DNA of 64,000 nucleotides from Eledone cirrhosa (taxonomy: Eukaryota), in contig OZ024743.1 in the NCBI GenBank assembly GCA_964016885.1, forward strand, positions 238,886,001 to 238,950,000. The letters are read 5' to 3'. Position numbers and translations under genes: made by a program. Position 1 is the first letter of the stretch. Each line of letters starts with the position of its first letter. Shown one piece after another: positions 54,245-64,000 of this stretch. The notes under the pieces are model-generated. The model worked only from the letters and a program-made list of their open reading frames with translations, did not search any database and was not told the DNA's origin.

Positions 54245-54405
54245 AGATTCGGTAGAGCGTCAGACACCATGCTTTGTAGCATAGAGTTATGGCATTTTAC
54301 GTTCTGAGTTCAAATCCCGCCGAGGTTAACTTTGCCTTTCATCCTTACGGAGTCGATAATGCAATGGGATAATTGCTGGCCTTGTGCCCTAAATAGAAAC
54401 AATTA
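54245..54405 (+). mobile_element. tRNA-derived SINE (16415 family)
   Basis: gagttcaaatcccgccgaggttaactttgcctttcatccttacgg. Confidence 0.8.
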
Positions 54406-54612
54406 TTTACATGACTTTAAAAGAAATGGTATTTCTGAAACTGTTTTCATCGATGTTTTGCCGATAGTAATTTCTCAAAACAGTCTATCCGCAAAAGTTT
54501 AAATCGTCGAAAGTTTAACATAAAGTCTCTATTAAAGACAATGATTGAAATTCTAGAATCAGTATCTTGTTATTTCAATACATCTATACATGTATAGTAC
54601 ACTTAACTAATG

Positions 54613-54880
54613 AGGCGCATATTCTAGTGGCAAGTGTGTTGGATTTACGATCATAATGTTGTGGTTTCGGACTGGGTTGTGTGCTATGTGTTGTCTTCTT
54701 GAGCAAAACATTTCATTTCACGTTGCTCCAGAATACTCCGCTGAAAATGAGTACCAGCAATAGCTGAGGGTTTAACCTTGCGATGGACTGGCGTCCTGTC
54801 CAGGTCGGAGTCTTCAACTCTCAGTCGCTTCTTGCCACAGAAACCAGGATAAGAACCGGTCTGAGGGAGCAAGACAGACT
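54613..54880 (+). mobile_element. tRNA-derived SINE, second family
   Basis: Head gaggcgcat..tagtgg. Core cttgagcaaaacatttcatttcacgttgctccag..cttgcgatggactggcgtcctgtccagg. Confidence 0.65.
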
Positions 54881-54904
54881 TGTACTATACGCCCACACAT
54901 ATGT

Positions 54905-55587
54905 ATCTAAACCTCCGAAATAAAAACATGTTTTTCGAGTATCCAGACATCTTTTCAGGTGATTGAAAACCTTATGAAAAAAAATAGATTTGTATATAAA
55001 CGCACGCTAGCATATATTTGTATGTATATATATGTTTTCACTTCTCTATATATATATGTGTGTGTGTGTCTAAGTCCAGTGTATATAGATCACAGACAGC
55101 ACATATATATATATACACACACATACATATATATATATATGTAGACACACACATATTTATATATATACAAACGCACACACATTATATACATATCTGTGTA
55201 TATTTTAATTATTTAAAAATTATTTTTAAGTGTATATGATTTGAAAAAAAAATTTGAATTGAACGTGACCCAACGGGTCACGGGTGGTCTAGTGTATTAC
55301 TAAATCTCGGTGATTTTGTCTTGTCTGTAATTTAATACAGCCAAAACGGCGTACAAAGCGAAAGTACTTTGACAGAAATTTGCCCTGAAATGGGAATACA
55401 GCGGAAATAAAACAAGTTTCGCGTAAATCGGAGCACGGGTTCCCGAGATACGGGGTTTTTCCGGCTTCCTTCATAAATATATAGCGAGAAAGATAGCGAG
55501 AAAGAGAGTAGATTGAAATAGAGATATGTCTGTGTATATTTTAATTATTTTTAAGTGAACGTGACCCAACGTGTCACGGGTGGTCTA

Positions 55588-55588
<1 letters not shown>
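54905..55588 (+). mobile_element. Two tandem Helitron-like 3' ends
   Basis: cgtgacccaacg(g/t)gtcacg hairpin plus ggtggt CTAG|T at 55289-55292 and 55585-55588. The 5' ends are uncertain. Confidence 0.6.
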
Positions 55589-55620
<32 letters not shown>

Positions 55621-55623
<3 letters not shown>

Positions 55624-56151
55624 ATATGAAGACTAAAATCCAAAGAGGGCTCGATAAGGATAAATATATATCAAATATATAAGAACCGTAGAGCAAATAT
55701 TTATTAAAATAACAGATTAAAGTTTAAGCAAAGAATCGCTGCTTTCACCCTTAACGGGATCTTCTGAAACTAACAAAGTCAATCTGTAAACGCAGAAGTG
55801 AATATTTCAAAAACGTTGCAACCGGAGGAAGACAGGAAGACGATACTTTGGTTCGTGGAAATGTTCGCTGGCAAAGAACGAGAAAAAACGAATATAATAC
55901 GTCATTAATAGGCTCGGTGAAAAACAATTACGTATTATATTCGTTTTTTCGCGTTCTTTGCCAGCGAACGTTTCCACGAACCAAAGTATCGTCTTCCTGT
56001 CTTCCTCCGGTTGCAACGTTTTTTTAAATATCCAGTTCTGCGTTTACAGATTGACTTTGTTAGTTTCAGAAGATTCCGTTAAGGGTGAGTGAAAGCAGCG
56101 ATTCTTTGCTTAAACTTTAATCTGTTATTTTAATAAATAATTAATAAATAA

Positions 56152-56250
<99 letters not shown>

Positions 56251-58030
56251 TATATATATATATTTATATATATATATATAGTAATAATAGTAAATTTGAA
56301 GACTAAGATCCAAAGAGGGCTCGATAAAGATAAATATATATCAAATATGTAAGAACCGTAGAGCAAATATTTATTAAAATAACAGATTAAAGTTTAAGCA
56401 ATGAATCGCTGCTTTCACCCTTAACGGGATCTTCTGAAACTAACAAATTCAATCTGTAAACGCAGAAGTGAATATTTCAAAAACGTTGCAACCGGAGGAA
56501 GACAGGAAGACGATACTTTGGTTCGTGGAAACGTTCGCTGGCAAAGAACGAGAAAAAACGAATATAATACGTCATTAATAGGCTCGGTGAAAAACAATTA
56601 CGTATTATATTCGTTTTTTCGCGTTCTTTGCCAGCGAACGTTTCCACGAACCAAAGTATCGTCTTCCTGTCTTCCTCCGGTTGCAACGTTTTTTTAAATA
56701 TCCAGTTCTGCGTTTACAGATTGACTTTGTTAGTTTCAGAAGATTCCGTTAAGGGTGAGTGAAAGCAGCGATTCTTTGCTTAAACTTTAATCTGTTATTT
56801 TAATAAATAATTAATATATATATATATATATATATATAATTAATATATATATATATATATAATTAATATATATATATATATATATATATAGTAATAATAG
56901 TAAATTTGAAGACTAAGATCCAAAGAGGGCTCGATAAAGATAAATATATATCAAATATGTAAGAACCGTGGAGCAAATATTTATTAAAATAACAGATTAA
57001 AGTTTAAGCAATGAATCGCTGCTTTCACCCTTAACGGGATCTTCTGAAACTAAAAAAGTCAAATGTGAAGGCAGAAGTAAATATTTGTTTGCATATGTTA
57101 TGGCGTATATATTACATATTCTGGTACATGTGCATTTGGTTATGTGTATACTTGAGTTTTGCGTCTGTGTGAGTATGCGGGTTCGTACGTATGTAGGGTG
57201 TGTGTATATGTGTACTTTGTGATTTGGTCGACGTACATCTGCGAACATATGTGTATGTACATGTAGATATGTGTGTGCGCGCGTTATCAACGTATTTATT
57301 TATTTATATTCGTTTATTTAATTATATGTATACACGGACACACACACATATATATATTTTTTTTTAATATATATGTTTATGTGTATTTAGTGTATACGTT
57401 CGTATGTGTGCGGGTACAGGTGTTGTGTGGGTTTTGTATTTGCGTGCGGGATTTTTTGTGTACGTGCTTGTATTTGTATACCTATGGCGAGTGTTTTCGC
57501 GAATGAATGTGTATGTACGTTTATGGATGCGTGTATGTATTTATTTAATTTCATTTACCTCTGTATTTTATTTACTTTATTCTTAACTCTAAAGCTGAGA
57601 ATCATTCGGTTTCCTAGTTAGAATTTTAGTCTACGACTTCAGTTATACCATTTACGTGGTTTAGTCTTTGCGTGCAATTCTTCTCAACGATCCACATAAT
57701 GACGTATTATCTTCGTTTTTTCCGTTCATTGCCAAAGAACGTCTCCACGAACCACCTAATAGAATATTAGTCTACGACTTCATTTATACCATAAACGTGG
57801 TTTTGTCTTTGCGTGTAATTGTTTTTCACCGCTCCAAATAATGACGTATTATATTCGTTTTTTCCCGTTCATTGCCAGGGAACGTTTCCACGAACCAAAG
57901 TATCGTCTTCCTGTCTTCCTCCGGTTGCAACGTTTTTTGAAATACTTACTTCTGCGTTCAGAGATTGACTTTTTTCGTTTCAGAAGATCCCGTTAAGGGT
58001 GAAAGCACCGATTCTTTGCTTAAACGTTAA
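55621..58030. mobile_element. Three consecutive fold-back units of the family B PLE terminal repeat separated by (AT)n
   Basis: Units 55621-56140, 56281-56810 and 56891-58030. Each has a minus-strand terminus followed by a plus-strand terminus homologous to 41560-42420. Confidence 0.88.
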
Positions 58031-58046
58031 TCTGTTATTTTAATAA

Positions 58047-58109
<63 letters not shown>

Positions 58110-58297
58110 AATATTCTGTTATCTTTATCATTTATATATATCATCTATGATATTGGAAAGTTAATGTTACTGGAAATTTACTCATTGGATTAAACTCCGA
58201 ACTGTCTCTTAATCATCTTGTTGTGGACTTTCAAATCACATTGACCTACCTTTCAAATGTCCTTTGTCTTTATGGTTGAATTATCATCTCATTTAAA

Positions 58298-58379
<82 letters not shown>

Positions 58380-58563
58380 TTTAAATGAGATGATAATTCA
58401 ACCATAAAGACAAAGGACATTTGAAAGATCAATGTGATTTGAAAGTCCACAACAAGATGATTAAGAGACAGTTCGGAGTTTAATCCAATGAGTAAATTTC
58501 CAGTAACATTAACTTTCCAATATCATAGATGATATATATAAATGATAAAGATAACAGAATATT
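58110..58563. repeat. Near-perfect palindrome with about 190-bp arms centred on an (AT)n tract
   Basis: 58110-58300 is the reverse complement of 58377-58563, with one small indel. Confidence 0.9.
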
Positions 58564-58841
58564 AAAATTAAATAATTTAATTGGTTTACGAATGTTACGT
58601 TAGAATAACTGGAATATTCCATTTCTAATAAGCATTATTATAACAAACATTACTCTTATAATAAGCTCACCAGAATAGATTGAATAGAAATAATATTTAT
58701 CTCACACGTCCAATGAATTATAATGGAAATGCGAAAAGTTTTAAACAATAGAAATTCAAACTATATTTGGAAAACGTTAAAAGTTTATTGAAACCTAAAG
58801 ACGTAATTAAAACTTCATCATTGTTAAAAAGTAAAATATAA

Positions 58842-59026
58842 CAGTTTCTACTTTTGGCACAGGACCATCAATTATTCTAGTGCATTACTGGTGCTTTATT
58901 TTATTGACCCCGTAAGGATGAAAGGCAAAGTTAACCTCGGCGGAATTTGAACTCAGACCATAAAGGGCTATATTTCTATGCTGCAAAGCATGGCGTCCGA
59001 CCCTCTACCAATACTGCTAATCCACC
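58842..59026 (-). mobile_element. Full-length tRNA-derived SINE (16415 family)
   Basis: Reverse complement of the head, core and tail. Confidence 0.85.
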
Positions 59027-59106
59027 AATTAGATATTTTATGAGCTATCATCCATAGAAACACATACACTATTAACTAATTTAGAGTTAGAGGTCGGGAT
59101 TTTACA

Positions 59107-59188
<82 letters not shown>

Positions 59189-59249
59189 TGTACATATGCA
59201 TGTGGGTCTGTGTGTGTGTGTATGTTTGTTGAGAGAGAGTGAGAGAGAG

Positions 59250-59282
<33 letters not shown>

Positions 59283-59283
<1 letters not shown>

Positions 59284-60030
59284 AATTACACAATAATCAA
59301 AGTTATGTTCAAATCATTTTGTTGCTGAGAATCGTTTCTTCGAAACTTTCGTTTGGTGTCATCGGAGCACTAGCAATGTTTGTACATATAATTAACCTCC
59401 TATTCAACTGAACAATCATATAGATACATGGATATTAATGTTGTCAACAACAGTTTTGTATTTACAGAGTGGAGTGGATGCGACATATATTACAAGAGAA
59501 TTGTACAATAATTAAAATTAAAAAGCACAGGGGAATGCATGCGTCAGATATCACAATCATTAAAGAGGTATAAAGGAAAAAAATTACTCGTAAAACCAGG
59601 ACACCAGCAGTACATATGCAAGCGTGTAGAGAGTGCAAATGCGTTAGGCATATATAGGAAGGAGACAAGCAATGGTACTAGGCATATATGGCCAAGGTAT
59701 CAAATAAAATAACATAGGTTTACAAGCATATCAAGCAGGCAAAGGTGTTTGAGTATTAAAATTATGAGTGTATGGTTGATGTAATGTGATGATTGTTTCT
59801 GTAATGTTCAAATGTGTATGTGTTGCGAGTATCAATGTTATTGCTATCTTTTCCATTACATTGGTTAAATTTTATTTTAGTGAATGTTTTTAGTTAGTTG
59901 CAGCTATGGATTGTATATTGGTCCTATTATATTGTTATCCTTGGTTCGAGTTGTTCTATAGCGATTCTTCTAACGGTTTAATTTCCGGAAGTGTGTTTGA
60001 GATCCATATTAAGGGGAGCTAATGCGAAAG
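59283..60030 (-). mobile_element. PLE 3' remnant with degenerate CCGAUGA HHR (59323-59369)
   Basis: Minus strand reads tgct CCGATGA ca-ccaaac-gaaa-gtttcg-aa GAAA cgattc TC agca. Shares ccggaagtgtgt..taaggggag with about 46171-46200. Confidence 0.55.
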
Positions 60031-60067
60031 GGGGGGGGGGGTAACTAGCGATTAAATTGTATATGAA

Positions 60068-61370
60068 AGTAAAAAGAAAGCAAAAAGAAGAAAAAATGGA
60101 AAAAAATGTATAGTTGTTTACTGTTTCAATTAGTTAAATTCTTTGTGCTAATGTACATTATATTGTGTTACAATGTTGTTATAATGTATTGTGTTACAAT
60201 ATTGTTATAATGTATATTAGCACAAAGAATTTAACTAATTGAATAGTAAACAACTATACATTTTTTTCCATTTTTTCTTCTTTTTACTTTGCTCGATGTG
60301 GAGTAACAACATTTTACTGTATTTTACTGTTTAAGATTTGATGGTATTTGTGGTTAGGTGGGAAATGTTTATCGAGAATTGCAAAAATCTTTTTAGGGAT
60401 TTGGCCCATAGTTTTCAAGTTAAATGGAGCATTATACCATGTTACGTTTCTTTTATGGTTCCTAATTGGTTTCCTATTGTTATATTGGGTATGTATAGAA
60501 GTTTGAGGGTATATTTTGTTATCAGATGATACTATAATATTGTGATTGTTATTAAGGGTGTGAACAAATTATTTAGTAGATTTTGAATTGTATTAGTTTT
60601 GATTTATTGTTTTTTGTTTGATTTATAGATGATATTGGGAGTTTTATTAATGGAGCCTTATTGATTGGACCAAATCTTAAACAGATATACAGTAACATTT
60701 TCTTACTCCACATCGAGCAATATGCAACAAAAAATAAGTGCATATAAAATCTATTAATGTAAAAAAGCTCTATGTATACCTCTAGCACACCACACAAACT
60801 AACTATAATAATACTACAACGCATAGCCAGAATATTATTACATATCCACCAGTTACAACCACTCACTCACCTCACCAACACAATACATCAGCCTACTACC
60901 AACTACCATCTTCCTCATCCTTAATAGGAACTAAGAATTACATACCCAATCTGACCAATAACGTTCAAAACAACCATGATTCTATAAACACTATATCCCC
61001 TATAATTTCACCAACTAACAACCCTTCGAGCCATGACCACCCAACCGCAAACCCTTCTCTCTCATATAAAAATGTAAATACAAATACTAGCACTATCAAT
61101 GGGAATATAGCAAGCACACCTGAAGCCCTATGTACAAACAGTTGTAATTGTTGAGTAAAAAGTAATTACCCCTTAAATGGAAATTGCTTAATTAATAATA
61201 TAGTGTATAAATGTATAATTACCACTAAGGACTCTAATCAATCCTATATTGGATCCACATCTAATCGGTTTAAATCGAGATTTTATGCACACACCCACAG
61301 TCTTCGAAACACAAGATTAGCTAATACCACTTCTTTAGCGGAAGCAGTTAAAAATTGTAAAAGAAGAAAA
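60068..61370. mobile_element. Rearranged Naiad-like PLE remnant: hairpin 60068-60290, inverted linker segment about 60289-60700 (-), GIY-YIG about 60702-61370 (+)
   Basis: Minus strand WYNAPFN..ILDKHFPPNHKYHQI. Plus strand CNC*VKSNYPLNGNC..NIVYKC..SYIGSTSNRFKSRFYAH. Confidence 0.8.
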
Positions 61371-62262
61371 TACCTAGAGTGCAATAACGAACAACTTAAG
61401 ACCTAAGTTCTATTTCTCTGGTGGCTTAGTTAGAGGAGGAAGAGTAGAATCAATGCTGGCTAAAGAATCGATTCCTCCAGTGTTAAATCGGTTTATGGAT
61501 GATGTCTACCACCAAAGAGCAAGAAATCTCCCACCTATGGGCTTCAAGATAGCCCCAGTCTAGAAAATTCACAGCGTGCTAGTCAAAGGTACTTGTTTAA
61601 ATTGAACGCGAAACCACATAATTTTGAGGCCAACAACCATTGATTTATTTAAGAAATAAACACAATTGAACGATTTTCTAATCCTTTCAACATTGTCACA
61701 GTGGGACTTGAACTGGGCACCGGATGAAAACAAAACACTCATCAACTATTTCACTATTACCACTGCCTACTTTCATTTTCTCTCTGGTTAGAAAAAGTTC
61801 GATTTGGTTGTTGAGTGTTATGTAACTTGACAATTGATACAACGTAGTAACATGCTCAGAATATGAACCATTGACCTTCTGATTTGATATTCTACTACCA
61901 TTTCTGATAGAGTTTTCGTACTTTCCACATAGTTTCTACCTCTGAAAAATCCTTAGAACACGGCGTCGGACTTTCTACATTCTACTCCACTCCAATTATA
62001 AGAAACATTCTGTTGTACGGAAGGTTTGCATAAGGACCTTAATTTATTGCTTTCAGATTTTAACAACAGAGGTCATCGCCACCTGACAGATTTTTACGTT
62101 ATAGCTCAAGAAGCAGATGTTAGCATTGTTAGAATAATTAATTATTTTGTCCTCCTCTAATGTGTTGCGTTGCGTACTCCACATACTTACTTTAACTTTT
62201 CTTATGAAAGAGAGAGAAAGAGAGAGGGAGAGAGAGAGAGAGCGAGCAAGCGAGAGCGAGAG

Positions 62263-62323
<61 letters not shown>

Positions 62324-62827
62324 CTTTGTCCACTGAAGAAATAAATTCAAATGAAACTCGTAGGAAATAATTGGGTGCCATGTTCTTAGACTTGTTTATT
62401 CTCTTGGAAAGTGAAAAGATGTTTCTATTTGTATATAAATTGCTTCTGATAAGAATATTATTTAATTTGGGCATCTATCATGTCATAGACTGGATTTATA
62501 GCATATTTTCTATATTCACAAGTAATTGTATGAAAACAGATTCGAAAAGTGAAATTTTACTGCGAGGCTATACATGTTAAATATTTTGTAATTATTATAA
62601 CCATTAAAGGATTTAACAGAAAAATATTTCGTACTATCGTTATTATACTTATTTCACGTTTATTCAAAATTCAGTGTTTCTCAGAGTGAAATATTAGTTA
62701 AGTTTTGAAGTTCATAGAAATGTAATAAACACAAAGGAAGAAATAACTGTAAATACAGTGCGTTGCTATACATAATAGGTAAGAGAATCAGTTAAAATAC
62801 CTCCATGGACGGAAGATAGGGACTAGC

Positions 62828-62899
62828 GGTCGCTACAAAGGATCGAACTTATCTTTCAGATATCGGCTGATTGCTCTAACCATTGTGCTAAAAACGACC
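62828..62899 (-). pseudogene. tRNA-like relic (SINE head or tRNA pseudogene)
   Basis: Minus strand has a ggtcgtt/agcgacc acceptor-like stem, A-box tagcacaatggttagagc, tcag-ccGATat-ctga and B-box gttcgatcc. The T-arm spacing is defective. Confidence 0.4.
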
Positions 62900-63078
62900 T
62901 ATCCCTGCATAAGCTATTATTTATAGCAATCAATAGTATCTCAGTCTGCAACTGAGATTTTTTGCATTTTCTATAAACTTCATAACTCCTCAGCTCTCCT
63001 CAACTTTGATACTTTACATACGTTAAGTTATTTATTTAAAGCATAGATTAATAATTAAGACGATAGCTGCTGCTGGTG

Positions 63079-63590
63079 CTTCTTCTTCTTCTTCTTCTTC
63101 TTCTTCTTCTTCTTCTTCTTCTTCTTCTTCTTCTTCTTCTTCTTCTTCTTCTTCTTCTTCTTCTTCTTCTTCTTCCACTTACTACTGGGAGGGTCGTGGG
63201 GCTAGAGACCTGAAACACTCTTTTCAGTGGGTCCTGTCAGAAGCAACCATCTCCAGCAGTTCCGGCTTGATCACCAAGCGAAACCAGCCAAGCACATGGA
63301 TATTATCTAACCATCTTGCTCGGGGTCTACTCTTGAGTCTCCTGCCGGTTGGTTTTGCCCGTAAAATCTGTCCAGCGATTCGTTCCCGAAGACATTCTAA
63401 ACATATGCCCATAGTATCGGAGCTGTGGTCTCTCAATTTAGAGAAGTATCAAGTCTACCTGTAATGACTTTCTGATCTACGAGATAATCACTCTATCAAG
63501 TAACGCTACTCCAAAAATACTTCGGAGGAAACCCATTTCGGCCGCTTGTATTCGCGATCGTTTTCTTTCAGTCATTATCCGTGCATTACC
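63079..63590 (-). mobile_element. 3' end of an RTE-like LINE with (AAG)n tail (63079-63175)
   Basis: ERIAGQILRAKPTGRRLKSRPRARWLDNI, typical of the RTE C-terminus (GxRxxGRPxxRW), followed by a trinucleotide tail. Confidence 0.7.
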
Positions 63591-64000
63591 CTGCAATGAA
63601 ACATTAAAGATTTAAGGGAAATATCAGAGGTGTGTGATAATGCAAGAAACACAATTAACATACATTCTACCATGAAATAAATCGCTGGAAATGTTTGTCA
63701 GACTTAGCATCGGTAAATGGTAAAACGAATGAATATCAAAAATATGTTCAAATTGGATAAATACAGAATTGGTGTTTGTCATAGCAGTTACTCAGAATTT
63801 ACTGCGGAAAAGAGCGAGATATATTTCAGACATGGTTCGTTGCGATAGACAGAAGTACAACATATACCGTTGACAAGTTTACAGAGAACTAGTAATGTTG
63901 AAGGGAATATGTCCCAGTATGATCTTAGAAATTATAAATAGAAAATAATGTATATAATATTCTGACAGCGCGTGGGCCCTCATTTGCTCTCAATAGTGAG

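Noticed and set aside
61140-61190. In-frame TGA in the PLE Cys-rich linker as selenocysteine (known in some Naiads)
   Set aside because: The TGA follows CNC at the position that is Arg in the other copies (CNCR), consistent with CGA/AGA decay rather than a Cys position. I recognised no SECIS.
62828-62899. Functional tRNA-Ile(GAT)
   Set aside because: The acceptor-to-D spacing and T-arm are defective, so I treated it as a relic.

Overview
Animal DNA with no host gene that I can support, made almost entirely of repeats. Its very dense (AT)n/(CA)n microsatellites and SINE content suggest an octopus/coleoid cephalopod genome (inference). It contains decayed L1/Tx1-like and RTE LINEs, tRNA-derived SINEs, MITEs, non-autonomous Helitrons and many Penelope-like element (PLE) remnants (RT YRDD plus GIY-YIG) sitting in (AT)n tracts. 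The standout is a 2.9-kb array at 28597-31500 of apparently identical 310-bp non-coding monomers. Each monomer carries a canonical minimal type I hammerhead ribozyme (HHR) and is highly self-complementary, making it a retrozyme candidate (circular-RNA-derived, non-autonomous retroelement). The array has two divergent arms (about 5.4 and 4 copies), both 3' ends run into (AT)n, and the neighbouring PLE insertions show the same layout. Across the window I count roughly 40 HHR or HHR-like motifs from about 15 sequence families by eye. These include recurrent core variants (CCGANGA, CAGAAGA, UUGAAAA), motifs with very long stem II, and one captured by a Helitron. All structures were read manually, so element boundaries are approximate.
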